64,000 nt of DNA from Nitrospirota bacterium (GTDB lineage: Bacteria; Nitrospirota; Thermodesulfovibrionia; Thermodesulfovibrionales; Dissulfurispiraceae). The stretch's first letter is position 1. Each line of letters opens with the position of its first letter. The stretch lies in assembly GCA_963710375.1 (NCBI GenBank), contig CAVPZX010000006.1, forward strand, positions 32,001 to 96,000, given 5' to 3'. The notes beneath the pieces are model-generated. The model worked only from the letters and a program-made list of their open reading frames with translations, was not told the origin of the DNA and did no database searches. Shown here piece by piece: positions 1 through 9,787 of this stretch. The position numbers and the translations under genes were made by a program.

Positions 1-527
1 TATTCGGCAGGGGAAAGCCTTTTTTTCTCTATTTTGAAATTGGGGTGCCAGTAGGTGTGTCCCTGTAGATCGAACAGTCCGGTCCTCTTCAAATCCCTTA
101 TCTGGTCCCATGTCATCGCATACGATGCGTTGGATATTGCCGAGGGGTAGAGAAAGAGAGTCACCGGTACGCGATACTTCTTGATCAGGGGGAGCATGTA
201 GGTGTAAACCGTTTTATGGCCGTCATCGGCAACAATCACCACCGCTTTTGACGGCAGCGGAGTTGCCCTATTTCCCCGGCAGTAATCGACAAGCCGGCTG
301 AGGGGGATAACCGTATAACCATTGTCTTTAAGGTACTTCAGATGTGATTCGAATACGGCGGTTGTAACAGTCATGCTGTCGGCAACGGCAGGACCAAAAC
401 GGTGATAAAGGAGAATAGATACCCCTGCAGCCTGGGAAGTATCCTTCTTGTCTTTAACGGCCCCTTCTGCCGGCGGCAGACCTAACAGAAGGGCACTTAT
501 CAATAAAAGCAGAAAACTTTTTTTCAC
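1..527 (-). CDS. Polysaccharide deacetylase (NodB/CE4 family), runs off the window start
   Basis: Manual translation from GTG at 527: signal-like MKKSFLLLLISALLLG, then ILLYHRF, VVIVADDGHKTVYTY, VTLFLYPS and LQGHTYWHP, typical CE4 motifs. Not in the ORF track because it is open at the edge. Confidence 0.85.
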   Translation of the reverse strand, partial: MKKSFLLLLISALLLGLPPAEGAVKDKKDTSQAAGVSILLYHRFGPAVADSMTVTTAVFESHLKYLKDNGYTVIPLSRLVDYCRGNRATPLPSKAVVIVADDGHKTVYTYMLPLIKKYRVPVTLFLYPSAISNASYAMTWDQIRDLKRTGLFDLQGHTYWHPNFKIEKKRLSPAE

Positions 528-639
528 TCTTACCCAGCTAAACCATTATCCCGCCCGCATCTCACTCCAATAATAAACGAACTGCAAACTACAGTAGATA
601 TTATACTCGCTCCGTCTATAAATAACAAAAAAATTGAAG

Positions 640-770
640 GTGTGAACTTGAGAAGCTGTGAAGATGAGAGTCAAACAGAAGTTGTGAAGATGTGAAGTTG
701 TGAAGTTGGGATTTTGCTCATCTTCGCATTATCACATCGTCGCACCTTCGGTTTTTTTGCACTGCATTGT
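640..770. repeat. Degenerate octamer tandem repeats (NTGTGAAG) followed by a loosely complementary arm
   Basis: gttgtgaagatgtgaagttgtgaagttg, followed by ctcatcttcgcattatcacatcgtcgcaccttc. Confidence 0.6.
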
Positions 771-835
771 CTTGCGGGACAAACAGTGATAATTTTGCTA
801 TACTGTTAAAAAGAACTTTAGCATAAGGAGGATCT

Positions 836-1057
836 ATGGCAGTAAAAAAAGTTAAAAAGACTGCAAAGGCTTCGGTGTCGTCCAGAGCAAAAAAAGCTGT
901 AAAAAAGAGTTCCCCCAAAAAACAGAAAGAGCTTAAAACCGGTGCGCGTTATTCGTGTGATGTCTGCGGGCTCACGATGAGCGTGGACAATCCATGCCAG
1001 TGCCAGGATTTTTGCGATATTATCTGCTGCGGGGAACAGATGAAACCGGCAAAATAA
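836..1057 (+). CDS. Small protein: Lys-rich N-terminus plus Cys-rich, desulforedoxin-like metal-binding C-terminus
   Basis: Strong RBS AAGGAGG; YSCDVCG...CQCQDFCDIICCGEQM; terminator directly downstream. Confidence 0.7.
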   Translation: MAVKKVKKTAKASVSSRAKKAVKKSSPKKQKELKTGARYSCDVCGLTMSVDNPCQCQDFCDIICCGEQMKPAK

Positions 1058-1085
1058 TAGTAATGCTGCATCAGTTCTATAAAAC

Positions 1086-1112
1086 AAGGCGGACATAGTT
1101 ATGTCCGCCTTT
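1086..1112. terminator. Probable bidirectional intrinsic terminator
   Basis: AAGGCGGACATA/TATGTCCGCCTT inverted repeat between convergent genes. Confidence 0.8.
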
Positions 1113-1141
1113 CTCTTGAGAAGCAGGTGTATGATCGGATA

Positions 1142-1342
1142 TTACGCTTTCACTACATTGACTGCTTTAGGACCTTTGGGGCCTTTTTCAATATCAAAGC
1201 TGACCGATTCACCTTCAGCCAGCGATTTAAAGCCGTTGCCCTGAATGGATGTGTGGTGGACGAAAACATCGGTACCATCTTCGCTGGTAATAAAGCCGTA
1301 CCCCTTGGCATCATTGAACCATTTAACTGTTCCTTTTGGCAT
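1142..1342 (-). CDS. cspA: Cold-shock protein
   Basis: [16 protein letters not shown] and DVFVHH RNP motifs, 66 aa, RBS AGGAGG. Confidence 0.97.
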   Translation of the reverse strand: MPKGTVKWFNDAKGYGFITSEDGTDVFVHHTSIQGNGFKSLAEGESVSFDIEKGPKGPKAVNVVKA

Positions 1343-1500
1343 CTTTTTAACCTCCTTACATATGAACTAAAATCTCAGCAGACGCATTAAAAAAGCCACA
1401 AAGCTAAAAGTCTTTGTGGCCTCGCGCACTCAAAAACTTCTGAAACTTCATACGAATGATGACATGTTCAACAACAAAAGTCAATAGGTTATAATTAGCT

Positions 1501-1776
1501 ATGGGCGACCTTTCAAAAGAATTTGTTGTTTCTTTTTTCGATAAGCAACTATCTATGCACGGCGATAGACCTGCGGCGCTCAGGTGGTCGCAGGCGGGGC
1601 AGCGGCTGCATTACGAAAGTCTTCTCGATATAGGGGATATCAACGGCAGCAGGATTCTCGATTACGGATGCGGAAAAGGGGATTTTCACCAGTTCCTGCA
1701 AGACAGGGGTATCCACGTAGAATATTCAGGTTTGGATATTAATGAGAAGCTTATTGCTCTGGCAAAGACGGCCTAA
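1501..1776 (+). pseudogene. Class I SAM-dependent methyltransferase, 3'-truncated
   Basis: ILDYGCGKG motif I and YSGLDI. The ORF stops after 91 aa, exactly where a repeat-element end begins. Confidence 0.7.
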
Positions 1777-1818
1777 ATCTGAGATGCATCAATGTGCAAG
1801 TTATTTATTCGCGAGCCC
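1776..1818 (-). repeat. Isolated 43-bp terminal repeat of the element at 42146-42325
   Basis: Exact reverse complement of 42146..42188 (GGGCTCGCGAATAAATAACTTGCACATTGATGCATCTCAGATT). Confidence 0.9.
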
Positions 1819-1828
1819 AAAAAAGAAA

Positions 1829-1902
1829 TCGGGGCGAGAGGATTTGAACCTCCGACTCCACGGTCCCGAACCGTGTGCGCTACCAGGCTGCGCTACGCCC
1901 CG
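1829..1902 (-). tRNA. tRNA-Pro (CGG)
   Basis: Reverse complement CGGGGCGTAGCGCAGCCTGGTAGCGCA-CACGG-TTCGGGA-CCGTG...GGTTCAAATCC...CGCCCCGA; CCA not encoded. Confidence 0.97.
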
Positions 1903-1905
1903 TGT

Positions 1906-4293
1906 TTATACGTTTTCGACCATCTCCCAAATGCCGCAGGGACAGATGCCTGCGCAGAAGCTGCAACCTATACACTTATCCTCATCGACCACATATTCAT
2001 ATGCCCCGCCTTCATGCTCGATTCTGCTTATAGCCCCCCAGTAACAGGTGGCCTCGCACATATGGCAATCCCGGCACGTAGCGCATGACATGCATTTGTT
2101 CGCCTCTTTTTCAGGCTGGAAATCTCCTGTGCAAACGTCATAGTATTCCTTCTTAATACGCTCGTAAGGAATGACCTGTTTAACCTCCGGCTGGCGAGGA
2201 GCGTGCATCAACTGATAGTGTATGGTTTCCGCGGCAAGTCTCCCCTGCCCGATGGCATGAGTTACAAGCCCGAGACTTGTAGCATCACCTATTGCAAATA
2301 CTTTGACATCAGAGGTCTGGCCGATCTCATTGACCGCGACCCAGCCCTTTTCAGTGTGGACTCCTGGCGGCAGAAAGTCGAGTATGGGTACGTCGCCAAC
2401 GGAAATGACCAAAAGGTCTGCTTCGAGTGATGAGCCGTCCTTGAAATAGAGTTTTTTCTCCTCATTGCTGTACCGGTCGGAGAATTTGGGCCAAAGGATT
2501 TGAGTCCCCTTGGAAATTGCAGTTTCCATTTCCTTACCGAATGCCGCGGGCTTTTGTATGTCTACTGCTATCACAGAATCGGCGCCGTAATTATATGCCT
2601 CGGAAGCTGCATCCATGCCGACATTGCCAGCTCCGATCACCACCACTTTCCGCCCTTTCAGGTCAGGGAATTTCCCGCTGTTAATGTCCCTGAGAAAGTC
2701 ATATGCGGATATTGCGTGCTCAGAGCCTGGAAAGGCAATGACCCGCGGTTTGTTGGCGCCGACTGCAACCACAACCAGTTCGTGGTTTTTATAAATTTCA
2801 TCAAATTCGTTCCTGTCTACCTGCGTGTTCAAGTGGACGTTCACCCCAAGCTCATTGAAACGAGAAAGCTCCTTTTCGAGTATATTATGAGGCAGGCGCT
2901 CTCTCGGAATGCAAAGTTCGATCTTGCCGCCAAGTTTACCGGTCGATTCATAGAGGTCAACAGTATGGCCTTTCAGGGCGAGCTGCCAGGCCGCACTGAG
3001 ACCTGCAGGACCACCGCCGATGACTGCCACTGTGTGGCTTGTCGGTTTCTCTTTTTGGGGAACAGGCAGATCCAGGGCAAGACTGCCCAGCTTATCTATC
3101 TGCAAAGGCTTGTCAATCTGTCCCCTGGTACAGCTCTGCATGCAGAGGTTGGGGCAAATCTGGCCGCACACTGTTGCGGGAAGAGGGCTGTAACGCAGCA
3201 CCAGTTCAAGGGCTTCCTGGAGCAGACCCTGCCGTATCAATGTTGCCCTTTTGTGAGACGGGATACGGGTCGGGCATGCATACACACACGGTGGATTATA
3301 TTTTTCATTTGTCCATACAGGTTTGTTCCGCCTGTTGGCTCCGGTAGTGATATAAGGGAGCAGCGTAAGTTCATGATCGAGATATTCGGCAAAGATACCG
3401 CCCGGTCCTGTCTCCTTTTCCCACATGTTCTTCCTGAAATCGGAGGTCAACATCTTTAGCCATTTCCTGGACCGTTTCTCCTGTGGTGTATAGGCCATGA
3501 GTTTTTTCCAATCTCCGGCTGAGCGCGTCAACTCGTCGTAGTAGGACATCCGGCCAATGGCTTCGAGGTATGGCTTCATATTCGTCTTGAGCCATTCCCA
3601 ATCCTGCGGTGCAAGGTCGAGAAGCTTTACGTCCTTCTCGCTGTATCCCTGTATCGGACCGCGGAAATAGATAGTGCCGCCCACCATCCCCACGCACGGG
3701 CGATAACCGAGGATATTTTCAGGATTTCTGGAATTGACACCGCACACTACTGCAATGCCGCCGGCCTTGAACTCTGCAAAGGAATCCCCCACATTCCTGA
3801 AGTACCACGATTGTGGAGGATCAAGGCGGGGATTGTGCTTTGTCATGGTGTCGCACCGTGCGCCGCCGCTGCCCTGCACATACAATATGCCCTGGGCAGC
3901 AGCATTGAAGGCGCCGTTAGTGACGTCACCCAACACCGTTATCTTTGCTCCGCAGTTAAGCCATCCTACATCATCGGAGGCACTTCCTTTTACGAGAATC
4001 TCTGTACCCGGCATTCCCATGCTGCCGAGTCGTTGCCCGGATGTGCCTTCGACAGTAATTATTACCCTATGGCCTTTAGGCCAGATCCTGCCGCCTATGC
4101 CGTGCTGTCCATCAGCTATGATGCGAAACTCACGTGTATTGTCCAGCACCGCCTGCTGAATCTGTTCCTCAAGTATGCGGGAAGGTACTCTGTTGCCGTT
4201 CACAATACCTTTTATAGTGAAAATCCTATCATTTGCCTTTTGGCTTATGCCCCTAGCCCCTCTGCCATCTGACTTCTGTTTCTTAGCAGACAT
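1906..4293 (-). CDS. Glutamate synthase subunit: GXGXG (GltB domain 3) fused to a GltD-like FAD/NAD(P) oxidoreductase and a 4Fe-4S ferredoxin
   Basis: GXGXG-type repeats; CVYACP and CGQICPNLC; VIGGGPAG and VIGAGNVG; C-terminal CxxCxxCxxxCP. Confidence 0.9.
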   Translation of the reverse strand: MSAKKQKSDGRGARGISQKANDRIFTIKGIVNGNRVPSRILEEQIQQAVLDNTREFRIIADGQHGIGGRIWPKGHRVIITVEGTSGQRLGSMGMPGTEILVKGSASDDVGWLNCGAKITVLGDVTNGAFNAAAQGILYVQGSGGARCDTMTKHNPRLDPPQSWYFRNVGDSFAEFKAGGIAVVCGVNSRNPENILGYRPCVGMVGGTIYFRGPIQGYSEKDVKLLDLAPQDWEWLKTNMKPYLEAIGRMSYYDELTRSAGDWKKLMAYTPQEKRSRKWLKMLTSDFRKNMWEKETGPGGIFAEYLDHELTLLPYITTGANRRNKPVWTNEKYNPPCVYACPTRIPSHKRATLIRQGLLQEALELVLRYSPLPATVCGQICPNLCMQSCTRGQIDKPLQIDKLGSLALDLPVPQKEKPTSHTVAVIGGGPAGLSAAWQLALKGHTVDLYESTGKLGGKIELCIPRERLPHNILEKELSRFNELGVNVHLNTQVDRNEFDEIYKNHELVVVAVGANKPRVIAFPGSEHAISAYDFLRDINSGKFPDLKGRKVVVIGAGNVGMDAASEAYNYGADSVIAVDIQKPAAFGKEMETAISKGTQILWPKFSDRYSNEEKKLYFKDGSSLEADLLVISVGDVPILDFLPPGVHTEKGWVAVNEIGQTSDVKVFAIGDATSLGLVTHAIGQGRLAAETIHYQLMHAPRQPEVKQVIPYERIKKEYYDVCTGDFQPEKEANKCMSCATCRDCHMCEATCYWGAISRIEHEGGAYEYVVDEDKCIGCSFCAGICPCGIWEMVENV

Positions 4294-5950
4294 AACTTAT
4301 CCCCAACCTCTCCGCCATTGCTTTATCGTCGATGCTCAATCCGTCGGACATGCCTATTGGAAGCTCTGTGCTCCTGCCCATAGGAGCAAATATCTTCCGC
4401 AGTTCAACATCGGCAGCCTTAAAGACCTCAACCACGCGCTCCGCAACTTTATCGGAATCAAGCCTGCGGTAAAGCTTCGGGTCCTGTGTGGTTATACCAC
4501 GAGGACATTTTCCTGTATTGCAGAGATTGCAGCGGTTGTATTCGTCGCCGAAGCAGTCGGCAGCAGACTGCATTATGTATTTACCGACAGCAACCGCAGA
4601 TGCGCCGAGCATGATGAGAGCAGCCGTATTTGCCGCCAGGTTGCCTTTTTTGCCCACGCCGCCGGCAGCTATCAGGGGAAGCTCATTCTGCTTGCCCTGT
4701 TTCACAAGGTCCAGATAACACTCGCGTATATTGGAGGCAATGGGATGGCCCATTTTGTCCATTGATACATTGTAGGCTGCACCGGTGCCACCGTCCTCGC
4801 CGTCTATCGAAAGGGCCGCTGCATATGGGTTCCGCGCAAGGTTGTTCAGAACCGCCTTGGCAGTCTTAGTGCCCGATATCTTAGGATACACAGGCACTCT
4901 GAAGCCCCACGCCATTGACATGGACTGGATCATCTTTGCCACTGCCTCTTCAATAGAGTACTTTGTCTGGTGAGTAGGAGGTGAAGCGAGATCGACAAAC
5001 TGCGGAACGCCGCGTATCTTCGAGATAAGTTTCAAAACCTTCTGCGCCATAAGCAGGCCCCCGTCTCCGGGCTTAGCACCCTGGCCGTATTTAATTTCAA
5101 TTGCCGCAGGGTCTTCGACCATGTCGGGGAGGGCATGTATGATTTCATCCCATCCGAAATAGCCCGAAGCGATCTGTATAATGAAATACTTGAGATATCT
5201 TGACCTCAGCAGCCGGGCCGGCATGCCGCCTTCACCAGATGCCATCACTACAGGCAGTCCTTCAACCTCGTTCAAATAGGCAACACCCATGGCCAGGCCT
5301 TCCCACATAGGCGGGGAAAGGGCTCCGATGGACATGCTCCCGATCATGATCGGGAATATCTCGCGTACAGGCGGAATGAACTTGCCGCTCTTTTTGTCTA
5401 TCCCGAGAACGCCGTTATGTTCGGTAAGCGGCATTTCCTCCGGCGGCAGTATTCTTCCCAACAGCGACCTTATTCGGAACTCGTGCCTACCGGCGTCGAG
5501 AGCAGGATCGGTAAGCATTGAAATCCTGGTAAATTTCAGTCTGTCGAGTGTCGATACGGAGGGATCGTTTCTCCTGCCGCCCCGCTTATAGGCATCACCG
5601 CCTTTATTCTTATAGTGGAGGAATTTATTTTGAAAGTTGAATTCCGGCTCTATAGCTTCATTGGGGCAAACCAGTGTGCAGGTTCCGCAGCCGGTGCAGT
5701 ATCGCTCAATGTCGGTCACCTGTTCTACAATGTGAGTGGTCATCCTTGCTGTTGTCGGAGTCGGCACTGGGCCTTCGGACCTGACAGTTCTCTGGACTTT
5801 AACTGCGGGTACGATAGCCTTGACCGGGCATACCGCAGTACAACTGCCGCACCGTTTGCAACGGTCATCCCGCCACCTGATTATATATGGGAACTCTCTC
5901 AGCGAGAGCTGATGATTATGGTCTAATATTGACCCTGCAGCTGGTTCCAT
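4283..5950 (-). CDS. Glutamate synthase FMN-binding subunit (GltB domain 2) with N-terminal ferredoxin
   Basis: GSMSIGALS, SGEGG, QIASGYFG, EIKYGQGAKPGDGG, CNLCNTGKCPRGITTQDP. Confidence 0.93.
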   Translation of the reverse strand: MEPAAGSILDHNHQLSLREFPYIIRWRDDRCKRCGSCTAVCPVKAIVPAVKVQRTVRSEGPVPTPTTARMTTHIVEQVTDIERYCTGCGTCTLVCPNEAIEPEFNFQNKFLHYKNKGGDAYKRGGRRNDPSVSTLDRLKFTRISMLTDPALDAGRHEFRIRSLLGRILPPEEMPLTEHNGVLGIDKKSGKFIPPVREIFPIMIGSMSIGALSPPMWEGLAMGVAYLNEVEGLPVVMASGEGGMPARLLRSRYLKYFIIQIASGYFGWDEIIHALPDMVEDPAAIEIKYGQGAKPGDGGLLMAQKVLKLISKIRGVPQFVDLASPPTHQTKYSIEEAVAKMIQSMSMAWGFRVPVYPKISGTKTAKAVLNNLARNPYAAALSIDGEDGGTGAAYNVSMDKMGHPIASNIRECYLDLVKQGKQNELPLIAAGGVGKKGNLAANTAALIMLGASAVAVGKYIMQSAADCFGDEYNRCNLCNTGKCPRGITTQDPKLYRRLDSDKVAERVVEVFKAADVELRKIFAPMGRSTELPIGMSDGLSIDDKAMAERLGISYVC

Positions 5951-7039
5951 ACCTTTACCTCCTCTGCCTGCGGTGAAACGATTACCATATCGTATTTCAT
6001 CGGGAATATGTCTTTGCTCCTGTCCCGTTTGGGCACCGCACTGTCAACTCCGCATTCTTCGGACATTAATGCATATCTTCCTTTTGCGCCGCCCACTGTG
6101 CCTGGCCTCAGCTTTTTTGAGTCGTGTACCATGAAGCAGGCCCCGTCGGGGGTGAAGCCTATGATAACGTTCGGCCCGTCTATGCAGAGTGAGCGCATAG
6201 ATTGCTTCATTAGTCTCAGTGCATCCCTGTCGGGCCGCTGCTCAATCTCGGCTGATTTGAGGGGGGTTATAATATCTTTATAATAAGGCGTCGGCAGATG
6301 CAGGCTGCCTTACCGCATAATGCAGTATATGGGTAAACACCTCGCTGTCGCTATTATACCCCATGTACCCGGGAAAGCCCCTGCTCGAAAGAAATTCCCT
6401 TATGGGTACAAAAGCGGTATTTTCGCCATTTGTCATGGAGCAAAAACCCTGTATGAAGAAAGGATGACAGGCATAAAGATAAATTGCGTAGTTGGTGTTC
6501 TGTCTTCCCTGGGCAAGAATGATTTTGGCTTTAAGCCTGTCATCGTCAAGCCCCCAAAAGGCGGCTACCTGGAGCGGGTCACCCACCTCTTTCAGAGTAA
6601 GAACGTCCGGATAAAACGAAAAGACGAATATCGACTCATCGGGCTCGCCGATTTTCCGGAGCGCCAGGCGCGTATCCATGAGAAGGTCCTCTTTTTCCCG
6701 GAACGGTTTGTTTCTAAGGGCAGCAGGATAGTCATAGGCGCGAGCAAAATAATTATCGCGGGCCGTGATCCCTTTCACCTGTGTTATTTTAGGTTTCCAT
6801 TCATACTTAAGGGTAAAGCCCTTCTTTTTCATGAACTCGTCAAGAGTCTTTTTGCCGGACATGGAGCAGATGCCTGACATTACCGGAAATTTCTTCAGTT
6901 TCTCGAACGCCCCGCCGAGGTCTTTGAGCGTGAGGCCGAGGCCGGAGCCGTCATGCCCTTCTTTCATTGTTTCGAGGGCGAGAATTGGCTCCATAGGCGA
7001 GATGTACTCATTTGATGTGATAGCGGCAAGTCTGCACAT
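5923..7039 (-). CDS. Glutamine amidotransferase type II (GltB domain 1), split by a +1 frameshift near 6304
   Basis: Starts with the Ntn nucleophile MCRL; ACHPF, NGEN and SDSE motifs. Removing one base at 6303/6304 joins the 253-aa and 95-aa ORFs (RQLHLPTPYYKDIITPLK). Confidence 0.88.
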
Positions 7040-7153
7040 ATCTTTAAACCTTCTTTATCTCTAAATGTGCCTTAAATGTCTGATATTTAAAGCCCGTCTT
7101 AACATTTTAAAATTTTGGCTGGTGATAAGTCAAACTGTGGTATTCTATGCATT

Positions 7154-9781
7154 ATGGATGTAATTACCTCACATATCAACACGGACTTCGACTCGCTCGC
7201 ATCGTCGATAGCGGTCAAAAAGCTTTATCCCGATGCTGTTATTGTCTTCCCCGGCTCTATGGAGAAAAAAGTGCGTGATTTCATCGACGCCTTTCAGCCG
7301 GTGGAGATAAAAAAGCTGAAGGATATTTCACTGGATGAAGTCAGCCGGTTGATTATTGTTGATACCAAGCATCCGGACCGGATAGGTGTTTTTAAAGAAC
7401 TTCTTTCCCGGCCAGGAGTCGAGGTGCATGTCTATGATCACCATCCACCTGCAAAAGAGGATATCAGGGGCAAGGTGGAGGTCATAGATACCACAGGTGC
7501 GGTTTCAACCGTTTTTGCCGAAATCATCCAGGCGAGGGAGTTGCCCTTGAGTACCCTTGAAGCTACTATCCTGTGCCTCGGGATATATCAGGAAACAGGT
7601 TCGCTGATGTTTGCCTCGACTACTCCCCGCGATCTTATTGCAGTGGCGTATCTTCTCAGGCAGGGGGCCAATCTCAATATTGTTTCCGATTTTCTTAAAG
7701 AGGAGATAAGCAGGGAAGAGTTCTCGCTTTTGAATGAGCTTGTAAAGTCACTTGACGAAGTCATTATTCAAGGGGTGAGGATCAAGATCGGCAAAGGCAC
7801 AATGGAGGGGTTTGGCGATGTGGCGCATCTGGCAAACCAGATAATGAATATGGAAGAAGCTGATGCGGTCATACTGATGATAGGTATGGCCGATAAGATT
7901 CTGATGGTGGCGCGCAGCAGGGCTCCGGAGCTTGATGCGGCGCATGTAATGGCCGAGTTCGGCGGGGGCGGTCATGCGACTGCTGCATCGGCAACCATAA
8001 AGGATGTGCCTTTTGAGATTGTGGAAGAGAAGCTCTCCGAAGCGCTGCGCAAACATGTACGCCAGGCGAAATTGGTGCGCGACGTGATGACCACGCCTGT
8101 GATTGTTGTGCAATGGAACAGCAGCATAAGCGAGGTCGAGAGCATCATGACGCGCTATGGGGTCAATGCTCTCCCCGTGGTGAAAGACGGCCATTACAAG
8201 GGGGTCATAACAAGAGGAGTGGTCGAGAAGGGGATATTCCACGGGCTTGGGAGTAACAGGTGCGCTGACTTTGCAACAAGCGACGCATTGACCACCGGGC
8301 CTGATACGCCTATTTCAGAAATCGAAAAGGCGATGGTAGAGCATAATCAGCGGTTTGTCACAGTGTTGTTTGAAGACGAGATTGCGGGGGCGGTGACGAG
8401 GACAGATATACTAAGGTCGATGTATGAGGATTTTTTGAGAAAGAGCAGGGTGGCAGCCAGGGAGCCTGGAACCAGTGACGCTTACAGCGGGTTCGGCAGG
8501 ACCATATCAAGGCTTCTCAAAGAAAAGTTATCGGCACGTATTTATGAATTCCTTTTACGGGCAGGAGAAGCCGGGGACGAACTCGGCTTTGGCGTGTATC
8601 TTGTGGGCGGCTGTGTCCGCGACCTGTTGAGGGGTGTGGAAACCCCTGATATAGATATTGTTGTCGAGGGAGACGGTATTTCCTTTGCGAGGACCCTGGC
8701 AAAGGAAATGGGTTTAAAGGTCAGGGTGCACCAGAAGTTCGGCACTGCACAGGTGATACTGTCGCCGCTGAAGATCGATTTCGCCACGGCGCGGACTGAA
8801 TATTACGAGTCTCCCGCCGCGCTGCCGAAAGTGGAGACCTCGTCGATAAAAAAAGACCTGTACCGTCGCGATTTCACTATCAATACTCTTGCAGTAAAGC
8901 TGAACAAAAAGAATTTCGGCCTCCTGCTGGATTTCTTCGGGGGGCAGCGCGATTTGAAAGAGAAGCTTATAAGGGTGCTCCATAATCTCAGTTTTGTCGA
9001 AGACCCCACAAGGGCTTTCAGGGCGATACGTTTCTCAGAGCGTTTCGGTTTTAAGCTGACAAAGCATACTGAGAACCTCATCAAACTGGCCCTAAGGATG
9101 AACATTTTCGAGAAACTATCGGGGTCCAGGCTTTATGACGAGCTTATGCTTACCTTCATGGAGACCTACCCCATAAAGGCGCTGAAGCGGTTGAACGATT
9201 ACGGGCTGCTTAAGGTCATTCATAACAGTCTTGCCTTTTCCTCAGGGCTTGAAGAATTCTTCCAGTCGGTTCATGATTCCATTTCATGGTTTGACCTGCT
9301 TTTTCTGGAGGAGCACTATGAGAAGGGGATGCTTTATCTGGCCGCACTGCTTTATAAACTGAGTAAGGAGGACCGCGAGTCTGCCCTTGACAGGCTTGCC
9401 GTTCCACTAAAGCCGCGGGAGCATATTCTCAAAACGCTGAATATGTCCCAAAACATTATAAAGAAGCTTAAAGCCGATAATCCGGTAGATATATACCATA
9501 CGTTGAAAGACTGTGATATTGAGGCCATTCTTTTCAGTATGGCGCTTTCGCAGGGCAGTGATAACAAAAAGGCAATATCGCGCTTTTTGCTGGAGCTTAG
9601 AGATGTGAAGCCCCTTGTCAAAGGCGGTGATCTGAAAAAAATCGGTATTCCCCCTGGTCCGGTATATTCAGATGTGTTCCGGAGGATTGTCGATGAGAAG
9701 CTGATGGGCCGGCTTGCCACCAGGGAGGAAGAGCTCAACTTTGTTAAAAACATTTACGGGAGGCTGCGCGACGCAGGCTGA
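7154..9781 (+). CDS. tRNA nucleotidyltransferase with DHH/DHHA1 and CBS domains (probably the A-adding type)
   Basis: HINTDFDS, YDHH, GGGH, CBS pair, VGGCVRD, DIDIV, RRDFTIN, EDPTRAFRA. Confidence 0.9.
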   Translation: MDVITSHINTDFDSLASSIAVKKLYPDAVIVFPGSMEKKVRDFIDAFQPVEIKKLKDISLDEVSRLIIVDTKHPDRIGVFKELLSRPGVEVHVYDHHPPAKEDIRGKVEVIDTTGAVSTVFAEIIQARELPLSTLEATILCLGIYQETGSLMFASTTPRDLIAVAYLLRQGANLNIVSDFLKEEISREEFSLLNELVKSLDEVIIQGVRIKIGKGTMEGFGDVAHLANQIMNMEEADAVILMIGMADKILMVARSRAPELDAAHVMAEFGGGGHATAASATIKDVPFEIVEEKLSEALRKHVRQAKLVRDVMTTPVIVVQWNSSISEVESIMTRYGVNALPVVKDGHYKGVITRGVVEKGIFHGLGSNRCADFATSDALTTGPDTPISEIEKAMVEHNQRFVTVLFEDEIAGAVTRTDILRSMYEDFLRKSRVAAREPGTSDAYSGFGRTISRLLKEKLSARIYEFLLRAGEAGDELGFGVYLVGGCVRDLLRGVETPDIDIVVEGDGISFARTLAKEMGLKVRVHQKFGTAQVILSPLKIDFATARTEYYESPAALPKVETSSIKKDLYRRDFTINTLAVKLNKKNFGLLLDFFGGQRDLKEKLIRVLHNLSFVEDPTRAFRAIRFSERFGFKLTKHTENLIKLALRMNIFEKLSGSRLYDELMLTFMETYPIKALKRLNDYGLLKVIHNSLAFSSGLEEFFQSVHDSISWFDLLFLEEHYEKGMLYLAALLYKLSKEDRESALDRLAVPLKPREHILKTLNMSQNIIKKLKADNPVDIYHTLKDCDIEAILFSMALSQGSDNKKAISRFLLELRDVKPLVKGGDLKKIGIPPGPVYSDVFRRIVDEKLMGRLATREEELNFVKNIYGRLRDAG

Positions 9782-9787
9782 AGTACC

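Noticed and set aside
546..560. Four-codon ORF (MRAG) with an RBS, in frame upstream of the deacetylase
   Set aside because: It could be a leader peptide or a lost N-terminus, but it is too short to support, and the GTG at 527 gives a complete signal peptide
1742..2088. ORFs 1742-2044 and 1792-2088
   Set aside because: They are read-throughs of the repeat end, antisense to tRNA-Pro and the glutamate synthase gene
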